DNA of 32,000 nucleotides, taken from Promethearchaeia archaeon (GTDB taxonomy: Archaea; Asgardarchaeota; Lokiarchaeia; Sigyniarchaeales; SOKP01). The position numbers and the translations under genes are program-made. Position 1 is the stretch's first letter; every line of letters starts with the position of its first letter. The notes under the pieces are model-generated. The model was given only the letters and a program-made list of their open reading frames with translations, ran no database searches and was not told where the DNA came from. This document shows, piece after piece, positions 18,593 to 29,204 of the stretch. Where the stretch lies: positions 1 through 32,000 of the forward strand of contig JAWOFX010000061.1 of NCBI GenBank assembly GCA_046497275.1. The letters are read 5' to 3'.

Positions 18593-19045
18593 ATGTCCGA
18601 AAAAAAACAAGAAATTCAATTGATGGGATTCTTTATAGGATCACTTATTATTAATTCAATCGCAGGTATTTTGATCCTTGCAACAGATTTTGGCGGATTC
18701 TATTATGAAAGCGGATCTCTAAAAATTTGGGAATATCTTTCATTACTTCACCCGATTTCCGGACCTATTATAGCAGTGGTTGCTGCGTGTTTCTTTTATA
18801 GCGTGTATTTTAGTCTCATGAAATTACTAAATAAAGAAGATTTAATACCCTCAATAGGTCTGAAGTTAGGTTTTTATCTGTCTATAGTAGCTCTTACATT
18901 GGTGGTTTTAGGAACTATTGCAGTGATCGCGGTTGGTGTCGGAGCTTATGATTGGTGGTTTGATGCGGGGTTTTATGCAGGTATAATTGGATGTATTCTT
19001 AATCTTGTCTTCTACATACTCATTATAAATCAAAAAAAAGCATAA
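18593..19045 (+). CDS. Hypothetical 4-TM membrane protein
   Basis: 150-aa ORF with four hydrophobic segments. Confidence 0.75.
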   Translation: MSEKKQEIQLMGFFIGSLIINSIAGILILATDFGGFYYESGSLKIWEYLSLLHPISGPIIAVVAACFFYSVYFSLMKLLNKEDLIPSIGLKLGFYLSIVALTLVVLGTIAVIAVGVGAYDWWFDAGFYAGIIGCILNLVFYILIINQKKA

Positions 19046-19396
19046 ATTGATTAATATTTTTCTTTTTTTTATGATAAAAAAACATTTCTTTAATTCATTT
19101 CAGTTTAAAAAATCAATAAAACAGTTTTAAATGAGTTCAAAAGCATTTATTTCCTCATATATCAAAAAAAGTAGAATATCTAAAGAATTTGGATTCAATT
19201 CTTCAAAAATACGCTACTTGGTTTTTATAAGTAAATCCCGTGATCGCCTTTTAAAAATTCATCATTGAAATTATAATAAACGATTGACCTTTTTATTCAA
19301 AAGATAGAAGAAAAATTAAAATTAAGTTATTAATTCTTCAAAATAACTTTAATATTTTATAATACTAACTACAAAAAAAAGAAAAAGCTGAAAAAT

Positions 19397-20884
19397 ATGA
19401 GTTATAAAGCACCAACCGAAAAAGATCTAGAAGCAATGATTGGAATCGTGGGTAAGCAGTACGCAACGAATGATAAGGCGATAACTGCTTCCTATCTTTC
19501 TAAATCTGTCATGGGTTTAGAAAGCCAAATTCCCGATATTGTCGTGCGACCAAAATACGTCGAAGAAGTTAGAAAAGTCTTACTTTATTGCTCAGATGAG
19601 AAGATTGCTGTATCTCCTGTTTCAGCGGGGCTATCTGGAGGGTTTGCATGCCCAACCATCAAACCAGCGGGAGTCATGCTAGATATGAGTCGAATGGATA
19701 GAATCCTTGAAATTGATGAGGATAACCGATATGCGGTTGTAGAACCCGGAGTAACCATCGGGCGATTATGGGCTTATATGCATAGGAATCATCCTGATTG
19801 GGCGCCACCTGTACCAGATGGGGCACCACCCGCTTCTACAGTTATGGGTGATGCGATTGATAGAGGATTTTCTCTCTATACTTCAAGCGTCGGACCTCAA
19901 GGAGATAATTTCATGTGTGCAGAAGTAGTATTTCCCAATGGAGATATTGTAAAGACAGGATCATGGGCTCTTCCCGGTGCTAAACCGTTCTATAAATATG
20001 GAATAGGTCCGGATATGTGGTCATTCTTAATGGGCAGCCAAGGAGCATTAGGTGTCATTACTAAAGTTGCAGTAAAGATTTATCCCCATCCTGAATTTAA
20101 AACTGTAATCGCATGGGGAATGTCAAATCCTTATGATATGCAAGACTTAACATTGGAAGTTCAAAAACAAGAATTTGGAATCGCTCATAATACAGTTATG
20201 GTTCAAGGTGGTAATTATCCTTTAGTCATGACTCGTTGGCCTAAAGATAAAGTCCCTCATAATTATGAGTTTTATGAAAAGCTTGGGATTTCTAAATGGT
20301 GGATGAATTTTGAATGCTGGGCGCAGACTCAAGAAGAGTTGGATTATGTGACTAATCGAATTGACAAAATGGCAGAAGATTATAAAAAGAACAGAGCGAA
20401 AGACCCTGATTCCATCAATAAACAACAATTACATCCTAAGCAAATCGCCAGCCGATTGAAGAAACCTAACAAAATCGCCATTCCTTATAGTTTCTGGGAG
20501 GCAGGATTTCTATTCATAACTTGGTATACCCCTTGGAATGAGTGTGCACATTTCTCTGAAATGTATTGTGAGAAAATGGAGAAATATGGATTCCCTCCTG
20601 TGATGTGGGTTGCATCGATTGAGCGTGGCAGACAGGCGATATGTATGCCTATTGTTTGCTTCGACTCGACAGATCCAAAAGATTTTGAAAAAGTACAAGA
20701 TCTTAACAGAGAAACAACAGAGTACGGATTAGAACAAGGATGGCTTAATTACAGGCCTGATCCGTATATTCACGCGCCATTAATGTATAGTAGAGCAGGA
20801 ATGTACTGGAAATATTTGAGAGCATTCAAAAAGCTTGTTGATCCTAATATGATAATGCATCCTGGAAGGTTAGCGCTTCCATAA
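19397..20884 (+). CDS. FAD-binding oxidoreductase, VAO/PCMH (FAD_binding_4 plus FAD-oxidase_C) superfamily
   Basis: PDIVVRP, YAVVEPGVT, GDAIDRG, CAEVVFPNGDIVKTG, KYGIGPD, GSQGALGVITK, and C-terminal VDPNMIMHPGR. Confidence 0.88.
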   Translation: MSYKAPTEKDLEAMIGIVGKQYATNDKAITASYLSKSVMGLESQIPDIVVRPKYVEEVRKVLLYCSDEKIAVSPVSAGLSGGFACPTIKPAGVMLDMSRMDRILEIDEDNRYAVVEPGVTIGRLWAYMHRNHPDWAPPVPDGAPPASTVMGDAIDRGFSLYTSSVGPQGDNFMCAEVVFPNGDIVKTGSWALPGAKPFYKYGIGPDMWSFLMGSQGALGVITKVAVKIYPHPEFKTVIAWGMSNPYDMQDLTLEVQKQEFGIAHNTVMVQGGNYPLVMTRWPKDKVPHNYEFYEKLGISKWWMNFECWAQTQEELDYVTNRIDKMAEDYKKNRAKDPDSINKQQLHPKQIASRLKKPNKIAIPYSFWEAGFLFITWYTPWNECAHFSEMYCEKMEKYGFPPVMWVASIERGRQAICMPIVCFDSTDPKDFEKVQDLNRETTEYGLEQGWLNYRPDPYIHAPLMYSRAGMYWKYLRAFKKLVDPNMIMHPGRLALP

Positions 20885-20905
20885 TTTAAAAGAGGTTAAA
20901 AAAAA

Positions 20906-22438
20906 ATGTCAAATATAACTGGAATGGATAGATTAAAAGAATTAGAAACAGATATCTACCGATGTATACACTGTAAAGCATGTAAATTTACATATTCTGG
21001 AGATCCCTCTCGTGAAGGAATAGGAGAATATGAAGGCAAACAACAAACCGTATTATACGAGGGAATGGTCGATTCATGCCCTGCCGGAATTGAGTACGGA
21101 TGGGAAGCATTCTGGAATGCGGGAAAGATGTGGATTGCCCGAGCTATTATGTCCGGAGATCTTGAGTTTTCTGAAGAAGTACGGGACGTTTTTATGCCTT
21201 GTATTACATGTGGAATGTGTGCAGTTCAATGTGAGAATAAGGTACAAACAGTTGATATCATTGAGTCTCTTAGAGCGGCCTGTAAAGAAGCTGGTGTTCC
21301 GATGATTGATAAACACCAACTGGTCGATAGATTAGTAAAAGAACTAAATAATCCTTATGGCGGACAAGCAGCCGATCGATTTAAATGGGCAAAAGATGCG
21401 GGACTTGAAAAATACATAGATAAAAAAGATGCACAATATGCCTATTATGTGGGTTGTACCGCGAGCTATCGACAAACAAACATCGCAATTGCCACGTGTG
21501 AGATCTTCGATAAATTAGGGATTGATTTTACTCTTGTAGGTGATGAGGTATGCTGTGGGAGTCCATTCTTCAGGATTGGATCAGTAGATACCGCACAAGA
21601 GTTAATGCAGAAAAACCTTGATAATTTCAAACAATATGATGTAGTCTTTTTCTCATGTGCGGGATGTTATAGAACGTTCTTTGTAGATTATCCTAAATGG
21701 ATGGGTGGAGAAGACCTTCCATTCATAACCAAACATGCGTTTGAGTTGATTTCAGAATTAATCTCAGTCCCTCAGAAGAAAAAAGAATATCCCGATACAA
21801 TCGCTGAGTTAAAGAAGAAACTTGATAAAGATCCAAAGAATAGACGATTAAAAGCACATTTAGAAGCAATAGAGAGAGAGTATGAAAAGATCAAAGACTT
21901 AAAAGGCGAGATCAAATTTAAAGCTAACAAAGAACTTAAGGATAAGGTGGTAACATACCATGATCCTTGCCATACGGGCAGACATTTCTATCTTGATTTT
22001 GAACAAGAAATCATTCGAGAAAGCGATAATTTAATGTTTGATATACGCAAACTCGATGATAAAGTTGAGAAATGGTTTGAAAAGCCCCGTACGATTCTGC
22101 GAAAATTAGAAGAAGATGTGGGGATTAAATTTGAAGAGATGTACAGGATAAAGGAGAATTCAATGTGCTGTGGAGCCGGTGGAGGAGTAAGAGCAGGATA
22201 TCCTGATTTCTCATTGCGAACCGCGAGTTTACGATGCGATGAGGCAAATGCTGTGAAGGCAGATATCTTAACGACTGAATGTCCTTTCTGTTGGCGTAAT
22301 CTCTCAGATGCGAATGAATTATACGATCACGAGTTAGATGTGCTAGGTATTCTTGAAATGATTGACAAGTATGATCTACTTGAAGTTGTAGAGAAGCCGT
22401 CAAAAGAAATAATTGAACTGAACACTAAAAAGGACTAA
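20906..22438 (+). CDS. (Fe-S)-binding oxidoreductase subunit, HdrD/GlpC-like with two CCG domains
   Basis: CIHCKAC...C and CITCGMCAVQC ferredoxin-type motifs, YYVGC, EVCCG, FSCAGC, YHDPCHTGR, MCCGAGGG, ECPFC. Confidence 0.9.
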   Translation: MSNITGMDRLKELETDIYRCIHCKACKFTYSGDPSREGIGEYEGKQQTVLYEGMVDSCPAGIEYGWEAFWNAGKMWIARAIMSGDLEFSEEVRDVFMPCITCGMCAVQCENKVQTVDIIESLRAACKEAGVPMIDKHQLVDRLVKELNNPYGGQAADRFKWAKDAGLEKYIDKKDAQYAYYVGCTASYRQTNIAIATCEIFDKLGIDFTLVGDEVCCGSPFFRIGSVDTAQELMQKNLDNFKQYDVVFFSCAGCYRTFFVDYPKWMGGEDLPFITKHAFELISELISVPQKKKEYPDTIAELKKKLDKDPKNRRLKAHLEAIEREYEKIKDLKGEIKFKANKELKDKVVTYHDPCHTGRHFYLDFEQEIIRESDNLMFDIRKLDDKVEKWFEKPRTILRKLEEDVGIKFEEMYRIKENSMCCGAGGGVRAGYPDFSLRTASLRCDEANAVKADILTTECPFCWRNLSDANELYDHELDVLGILEMIDKYDLLEVVEKPSKEIIELNTKKD

Positions 22439-22543
22439 GGCTTATAAGGTAAAGGAAAAACCATAAATTTTATTTTTTTATTTCTCATTTTTTTATAGAT
22501 ATTGTTTTGCTTTAATATTCATATAGTTCTATTTCAGCAAGAA

Positions 22544-23923
22544 TTATCGAAATGCTAACTCTTTATATTTTTCTAGATATATTTGAAATAATTTATCCCA
22601 TCCAAATTCGTCTCTAACTTTATTAGCATATTTATAATCAAATTTATTGCTTGCTATCTCTTCCAATTGTTTCTTAATAAGGGACTTCAAATTCTCAATA
22701 AAAGAAGGGATCTCTTCCGGCACTGGTTCGTCGATAGATTTCATTTCCGGTAAGGAAAGGAATTGAATTATATTACTCGGACCACATTTTTTAAATAACG
22801 TAGATTTAATTCCCGGCAAATCAGTAATTATTGCCCGACATCCAGAGGACAATGCTTCAAGTAAAACTTTCGGAAATCCATCATAAAAGCTAGGTAAAAC
22901 AAAAAGCTCGCTCTCTCGTAAATAATTAGCAAGTTTTTCTTGGTCGAGTTGTCCTAAGAAAAAGATATTTTCTCCATTTTTTTTTCCCATTTTAATTATG
23001 TTTTCTTTTTGTTTTCCTTTACCAGAACCTATAATGTATAATTGGAGAGGTATTTCTATTTCTTTGGATACTTGTTTGAATGTTTTTATAAGTTCAGGTA
23101 ATCCTTTTGAGTAGCTTAATTTCCCCACATATACTATTTTAAGAGGGGTATTCTTACCAACTATGTTCGTATGTCTTGGGGGTGAAAATATGCGTGTGTT
23201 AATAGCTTGTCCAATATGAAAGAATTTTTCCTTATGAGAAGAATTCCTAGGGAATTCATAAAGATCTTCTATTCGTTTTTGTTGGTTTTCATCAATTACA
23301 GCGATTGCATCAACATCTTGAATTGGTTTTTTTATAAATTCAGTGATGTGGGGGGATAAGACCATTTGTCTGAGTGCTGTATTATGCGAAGTTGCGAGGA
23401 GAGGAATATTTGGGAATAGTACTCTACATAAGGCAGTTATTAACCACAGATGATGAGAATGAATCAAATTAGGTTCAAATTTAAAAATAGCTGCTTTTAA
23501 ATGTTTACTAAAGCCCTCTAAATAGTGTTCGAGCATTTCTTCATTAAAAGTTGAAAACTTTGTTGATTCATAAGGCATCTCATCTGACATGCCAGCAACA
23601 ATAAAAGGAATATCTGTTTCAATCTGAGGATTTTTTGGATTTAAAAAAGTTACGGGAAATATATTTGAAGCATTTATCAGATTATCCATTGGATTTGGCT
23701 CACCAGCAGGTTGTCCAAGGATTATACATTGATCTAATTTATTTTCAATTGTTTTTTGAATGAGATTAACTAAATTTATACCAGAACCTGTGAAATAGGG
23801 GCGTTGACATAATACTCGCAATATTTTAAGTTCAGTAATTTTTTCATCAAATGTGATTTTATCTTTTTGTGCAGAATATGAGAGTAATTTCTTGGAATAT
23901 GGTCCTAGTTTATCTTTGTTCAT
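22544..23923 (-). CDS. Glycosyltransferase family 4 (GT-B); probable start ATG 23923 (MNKDKLG)
   Basis: CQRPYFTGSG N-terminal motif, IHSHHLW, YVGKLSYSKG, and FVLPSFYDGFPKVLLEALSSG (GT4 E-x7-E-like motif, here D-x7-E). Confidence 0.88.
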   Translation of the reverse strand: MNKDKLGPYSKKLLSYSAQKDKITFDEKITELKILRVLCQRPYFTGSGINLVNLIQKTIENKLDQCIILGQPAGEPNPMDNLINASNIFPVTFLNPKNPQIETDIPFIVAGMSDEMPYESTKFSTFNEEMLEHYLEGFSKHLKAAIFKFEPNLIHSHHLWLITALCRVLFPNIPLLATSHNTALRQMVLSPHITEFIKKPIQDVDAIAVIDENQQKRIEDLYEFPRNSSHKEKFFHIGQAINTRIFSPPRHTNIVGKNTPLKIVYVGKLSYSKGLPELIKTFKQVSKEIEIPLQLYIIGSGKGKQKENIIKMGKKNGENIFFLGQLDQEKLANYLRESELFVLPSFYDGFPKVLLEALSSGCRAIITDLPGIKSTLFKKCGPSNIIQFLSLPEMKSIDEPVPEEIPSFIENLKSLIKKQLEEIASNKFDYKYANKVRDEFGWDKLFQIYLEKYKELAFR

Positions 23924-24098
23924 GTGTTTTGTTTTAGAAATACTAATCACTTTTCTTATTTTGATCGGTTTTGTTAGATTCAAGAAGGTTTTTTGTGTGT
24001 ATATATAATACAAGAGATTATTTTTTCTTTTTTATAAAATTTTCAAAGATCTAGTAAAAGAAGTAAAAGTTTTATTTGAATAACTCAAATGTTTAATT

Positions 24099-25253
24099 AT
24101 GAATAGTTTTGAAAGAATGTGGATAGCTTTAAATTTAGAAAAACCGGATCGAATGCCAACACATACGATAAACTTGGATGGGAATGTTGCGGATAAAATA
24201 TTGGGTGCTCCAGAAAGTAATGCATTTGATGTTTTTGATGAGATGGAAGAAAAGTTCCCAGATACCTGGGCAGATAAAATAAATTCCATTCTGAATGATA
24301 TTCAAATTACATTTTTCGCAAAAACGATTAGAGCAGGTCATAAAATAGGCTTTGACGGAGTAGGAGTACAATATATCCCTTTCATTTTAGAAAGTAAAGA
24401 AGAAATGACTGACATTTTTGGGAAAAGACATAAAGTTCGAAATATTGATGGGAATCCTTATCCAGATTATTATGGAGGATACATAAAAGATCGTGAAGCT
24501 TGGGAAGCGTATCCAAAGCCAGATTTAAAAGAAGAATATAAAAAAGCAAAAAAGTTTTGGAAAGGAATCAAGAGAAAATGTCGAGATATTGAAGATGAAA
24601 TCTGTATTGTTGCTCAAAATGCGTTAACATCAGTATTTCCTCCCGTGTGGCAAGGGATGGGGATGGCAAACTTTGCGCGAGCACTTAAAAATGATCCAAA
24701 GCTAATCGAAGAGCGATTTAGATTTACCACTGATTACACTCTCACTACATTTAGAGCATATAAAGATTGTGGAGCGAAAATATTTTTGGAAGGTGGAGAT
24801 TTAGCTCATAGTCATGGACCTATGATTAATCCGAAGGATTTTAATAAATATTTATTACCAAGATACCAAGAGGTCGCTGATCAATTGCATGAATGGGGAT
24901 GTAAATATATATTGCACACAGATGGAGATGTGACAACTCTTTTAGATTTCATTGTTGAATCTGGTTTTGATGGTCTGCAATGCTTAGAACCACCCTGGGT
25001 TGATCCTTATATGGTCAAAAAGAAGGTTGGAGATAAACTCTGCTTATCTGGAAATATCGATACCCGACATGTGTTAGTAAAAGCAGAGAGAAGTGAAGTG
25101 GAAGAAGCCACGAAGGATGCAATCAACGCTTTAGGTCCTGGTGGTGGAGGAATGATTTCTCCAGCGAATTTTCATCCGGAAATGTCTGTGAAACGGCTTA
25201 AATGGATGATTGAGACTGCCAAAAAGTATGGTAAATATCCGTTAAGCCTATAA
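24099..25253 (+). CDS. Uroporphyrinogen decarboxylase (URO-D)/MtaA-like family protein
   Basis: KPDRMP, GGDLAHSHGPMINP, ILHTDG, LSGNID, LGPGGGGMISPAN. Specific activity cannot be assigned. Confidence 0.85.
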   Translation: MNSFERMWIALNLEKPDRMPTHTINLDGNVADKILGAPESNAFDVFDEMEEKFPDTWADKINSILNDIQITFFAKTIRAGHKIGFDGVGVQYIPFILESKEEMTDIFGKRHKVRNIDGNPYPDYYGGYIKDREAWEAYPKPDLKEEYKKAKKFWKGIKRKCRDIEDEICIVAQNALTSVFPPVWQGMGMANFARALKNDPKLIEERFRFTTDYTLTTFRAYKDCGAKIFLEGGDLAHSHGPMINPKDFNKYLLPRYQEVADQLHEWGCKYILHTDGDVTTLLDFIVESGFDGLQCLEPPWVDPYMVKKKVGDKLCLSGNIDTRHVLVKAERSEVEEATKDAINALGPGGGGMISPANFHPEMSVKRLKWMIETAKKYGKYPLSL

Positions 25254-25478
25254 AATGAACATTTATAATTTAAATATTTTTTATTCTTTTTAAAATTGAA
25301 AATAGGAATTTCTAACCTTAAAATGTATCTTTCTCTTTATTCTTTATAATAAATTATTAATTCAAATTTTTTATAAAATTTACAATAATTCTAATCTATA
25401 AAAGAAATATATTTAAATGAAAAAATATCCTTTCCCATAATATAGAGTTCCAATCAATAAGTAGGCGAATTTGAACTA

Positions 25479-27788
25479 ATGAAAAAATTAATCCCAAGTC
25501 TATTATTTGTAGTTCTTTGTTTTTCATTAGTTTATTCCATCGCATTTGTTAATGCATCTGATGGAGAAGAAGAATTTAGTTTTACTACTTCTCTTGAAAT
25601 GAAGGAAAATTATGATGAGAGGGGATCGGAATACAATCAGAATGAAATTAATATAAATCTTCTTTCAAGTTTATCGATAATTCAAGATTTACAAATAAAT
25701 TTTACAGATATTAAATATCCCATTAGAAATATCACCACTATTGAAGATTATACTCCCGATTCAAATACTAAACAAATTAATAAAGTAAATCATGGATATG
25801 CAGTCCAAATAAATCTTAATAAAACAACTACGATTTATGGAGTGCATATTTATATAAAAAATGACAATCCTACTGATCCCTCTCCAAGACCAGTATATGT
25901 AATGATAAAAGGTTTTAATCCTAATGGTAATAAACCAAACGAAACTACTTATGGAGAATCTATTTTACTCAATAAATCAGATTCAAGTGATCCTGGGTGG
26001 TACATTCAAGAATTTCCATCACCAATTATATTATCGGAAGGTAATTACTTTTTAGTATTAGATGGAACTGCAATTGAAGAATGGCCTCAAACTCGAATTG
26101 ATTGGTATTTAAATGATGTTAATCCATCTCATCCGGATTTATATACCTCTCAATTAAATTCAAGTGGATGGTTCGATGGGGAACTAAGTAACCCATTTCT
26201 TTATAAACTTATTTATAAATCAGAAAAAATAGCATTTCCTGAAGAAATAAATATGACTGCCGAGATCAACACAAATAATTATAAAATTATAAATGGAACA
26301 CAAAAAGGGGATGGGATACTTGAGAAAAAGAATATAAATCTGGAAGAAAATGGAGAAATTTTAACAATTAATATTAATAATGAGATAAGCGAAAATCTGA
26401 CTTTTGATTTTAGTTATAAACTTAACGTTTTTGCAGATTCAGCCTTAGAAGCAAACGGAATTGTGCGGCCAAATCAAAATGTTTTATGGACTCTAAATCC
26501 ATTTATTACGAGAAAATCTGAAAACATGACAATAAAATTTAATTATGCTTCAACTTGGACTAATCTTACTGTCTATAAAAATGGTTTAAATGTCTCATCA
26601 GATGTTATTTTTAACCCTGAGGAGAATTATATATTTATTCCTAATGATACAATAGAGGATGGAGCAGATTGGGAGATTACGGCAAATTCCCCAAAATTTG
26701 ATATTGGGTTGAAAACTCCTAAATTAGAATTTAAACCAGGTCAAGAACTTAGGTTTGAACTAAATGCACCCATTCTTGAAGGGAATTATACGTTTATCCT
26801 ATTTGATTCATTCGGTCTAGAAGTTTATAGAATTGTAAAAACAATTCCTCCGGATAACAATATTTTTTCTTATCAAATTCCAGAAAATATGGATGAGGGT
26901 AATTTTACGGCATATGTTTTTTGGAATAGTGATACTGATGCCGGAGTAGCAACACAAGAATTCAAGGTAGTGGTAGCTACAGGATTAGTAGATTCAAACT
27001 TCTTTCTTCCTATTATTATCGGAGTGGTTATAGGAGGCGGATCTATCATAGGATTTTCTTCTGTGGTAGTAATTAAAAAATATAATAAAAGTAAGAAAAA
27101 GGAATTAGAGGATTTTTTAAAAGAATGCTCAGAACTTTTAAATATTAAATCGATAATTGTGACTGAAAAATCCTCGGGAATTGCCTTATATTCTAAATCA
27201 TTTGGAGGGAAAAAACTTGATGGAACACTTTTATCGGGCTTTTTCCAAGCGATTCGCAATTTTGGAGAAGAAGCTTTAGAGGAATTTAAGAATTCTCGCA
27301 CAGTTAAATTAGATTATAAAGAATATGTAGTTTTAATGAATGATTTTGTGAATGTTCGTGTAATAGTAGTAATGAAAGAGCAACCCTCTACAAATTTTCA
27401 ATATACTTTGGATGATTTAACCTATGATATTTATATCAATTATGGACCAAAAATAGATAAATTTCAAGGAGATCTTAAAGAGTTCGTTGGTATTGAAAAA
27501 ATAATTGAAAAAAATATTAATATTGATCTTCTTTATCCATTCAGACTCAATCTTAAACCTAAAATGAAAGTAAAATTAGATGATGATGAGAAAAAAATTA
27601 TTCAAAGAGCCCAGAATTTAATGAGAGATAATAATATGGATTATTTTTATTCAATATATTTATTACCAGAAAATGATTGTGAACCGGAAGATTTTGAAAC
27701 AATTAAAACTCTTATTGAAAAAGATATCTTTCACCCAATAAAAGATCGATCTAAAAGAGACAAAATAAACCCTTTACCTGCTATATAG
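25479..27788 (+). CDS. Large surface-anchored protein: signal peptide, extracellular beta-rich region, TM, cytoplasmic longin-like domain
   Basis: Signal MKKLIPSLLFVVLCF, many N-x-S/T sequons, TM FFLPIIIGVVIGGGSIIGFSSVVVI, then IKSIIVTEKSSGIALYSKSF...LLSGFFQAIRNFGEE (longin-like). Confidence 0.78.
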   Translation: MKKLIPSLLFVVLCFSLVYSIAFVNASDGEEEFSFTTSLEMKENYDERGSEYNQNEININLLSSLSIIQDLQINFTDIKYPIRNITTIEDYTPDSNTKQINKVNHGYAVQINLNKTTTIYGVHIYIKNDNPTDPSPRPVYVMIKGFNPNGNKPNETTYGESILLNKSDSSDPGWYIQEFPSPIILSEGNYFLVLDGTAIEEWPQTRIDWYLNDVNPSHPDLYTSQLNSSGWFDGELSNPFLYKLIYKSEKIAFPEEINMTAEINTNNYKIINGTQKGDGILEKKNINLEENGEILTININNEISENLTFDFSYKLNVFADSALEANGIVRPNQNVLWTLNPFITRKSENMTIKFNYASTWTNLTVYKNGLNVSSDVIFNPEENYIFIPNDTIEDGADWEITANSPKFDIGLKTPKLEFKPGQELRFELNAPILEGNYTFILFDSFGLEVYRIVKTIPPDNNIFSYQIPENMDEGNFTAYVFWNSDTDAGVATQEFKVVVATGLVDSNFFLPIIIGVVIGGGSIIGFSSVVVIKKYNKSKKKELEDFLKECSELLNIKSIIVTEKSSGIALYSKSFGGKKLDGTLLSGFFQAIRNFGEEALEEFKNSRTVKLDYKEYVVLMNDFVNVRVIVVMKEQPSTNFQYTLDDLTYDIYINYGPKIDKFQGDLKEFVGIEKIIEKNINIDLLYPFRLNLKPKMKVKLDDDEKKIIQRAQNLMRDNNMDYFYSIYLLPENDCEPEDFETIKTLIEKDIFHPIKDRSKRDKINPLPAI

Positions 27789-27984
27789 ACGCATGATATA
27801 TGCTATTTTGTTAAATCATATATCCCATTGCATATTATAATTCAAGTTAATATTAAAGTTCAAATATTAATTAATCTGGAAAGATTTATAGATTTGCTGT
27901 TAAGAAACTAAATCTATATATAAACCCATGAATAGATTCTTAAATTTAATTATCTTTTTTATAAAAAAATAACGTAAAGTATGA

Positions 27985-29181
27985 ATGATTTGTATGATTA
28001 AACCCTTTAAATTTGCAAGTATCCCACGAATAATTTTTGGGGCCGGAAAATTAACAGAATTATATGAGATTATCCCAGAATTTGGAAATAATGTATTATT
28101 TGTAATTGGAGGAAAATCTCTAAAGCAATCTGGCACATGGAATGAAATTGTGGAAAATATGAATAAGAAAAAGTACAATTTCTCTCAAGTATCTATCAGA
28201 GAAGAGCCTTCTCCTTCTAGAATTGATGAAATCGCAACAGAATATCGAACTAAGGATTTAGATGTTATAATCGGGATAGGTGGAGGAAGTGTTACCGATG
28301 CTGGAAAAGCTATCTCTGCGATGATCCCACACCAAGACTCAATAATAAATTATTTAGAAGGAGTTGGGACAAAGAAACCTGATGGAAGTAAAATCCCATA
28401 CATTGCAATTCCAACAACTTCAGGGACAGGAAGCGAGGCAACAAAGAATGCTGTAATTAGTAAAGTTGGAGAGGATGGATTTAAAAAATCCCTCCGACAT
28501 GATAATTATATTCCAAATATTGCTATAATTGATCCAGAATTAATCCTTTCTTGCCCACCCTCCATCACAGCAGCATGTGGTATGGATGCATTTACTCAAT
28601 TACTTGAAGCTTATGTTTCAACTAACGCAAGTCCGATGACGGATTCATTAGCATATAGTGGATTACGCTATATGAAAGATAATATTATTCCGGCATGTAA
28701 TATTGGTTCTAATGATATTAAAGTTCGAATAGCAATGGCATATGGTTCATTAATGTCTGGAATTTGTCTTGCAAATGCAGGTTTAGGAATAATCCATGGT
28801 CTTGCATCACCAATAGGAGGATTTTTTAAAATCCCTCACGGAGTGGTTTGTGGAACTCTTCTAGCAGAAGCAACTAAATTAAATATTGAGAAGTTAAAAG
28901 AAAAAGGTCCTGAAGGACGCCCTGCACTTAAGAAACATGCAGAGGTTGGGGCTTTAATAGCTGGGAAAGAAAGTTTTAAGGAGGGAAAAATGTATAAATA
29001 TTTAAATATCTTAGTAAAAACTCTCGAAAAATGGACAGAGAATTTAGAAATCGACAAATTAGGTAAGTATGGAATTTCTGAAGATGATTTTGATAAAATT
29101 ATTCAAAAATCAGGATTAAAGAATAATCCAGTTAGGTTATCTAAAGATGATATTCGCCAAATTTTAAAAAATAGGCTATAA
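27985..29181 (+). CDS. Iron-containing alcohol dehydrogenase (start may be ATG 27994)
   Basis: IFGAG, GIGGGSVTDAGKA, IPTTSGTGSEAT, GMDAFTQLLEAY, HGLA and PHG metal-ligand motifs. Confidence 0.93.
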   Translation: MICMIKPFKFASIPRIIFGAGKLTELYEIIPEFGNNVLFVIGGKSLKQSGTWNEIVENMNKKKYNFSQVSIREEPSPSRIDEIATEYRTKDLDVIIGIGGGSVTDAGKAISAMIPHQDSIINYLEGVGTKKPDGSKIPYIAIPTTSGTGSEATKNAVISKVGEDGFKKSLRHDNYIPNIAIIDPELILSCPPSITAACGMDAFTQLLEAYVSTNASPMTDSLAYSGLRYMKDNIIPACNIGSNDIKVRIAMAYGSLMSGICLANAGLGIIHGLASPIGGFFKIPHGVVCGTLLAEATKLNIEKLKEKGPEGRPALKKHAEVGALIAGKESFKEGKMYKYLNILVKTLEKWTENLEIDKLGKYGISEDDFDKIIQKSGLKNNPVRLSKDDIRQILKNRL

Positions 29182-29204
29182 ATATAACCCTTATTGTTAA
29201 AGTT

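Noticed and set aside
19131-19268. 45-codon ORF MSSKAFISSYIKKSR... in the intergenic gap
   Set aside because: No SD, no motif and no compositional support.
23924-24013. N-terminal extension of the glycosyltransferase (track start 24013)
   Set aside because: The extension runs through low-complexity AT-rich sequence in the divergent promoter region; ATG 23923 is the more plausible start.
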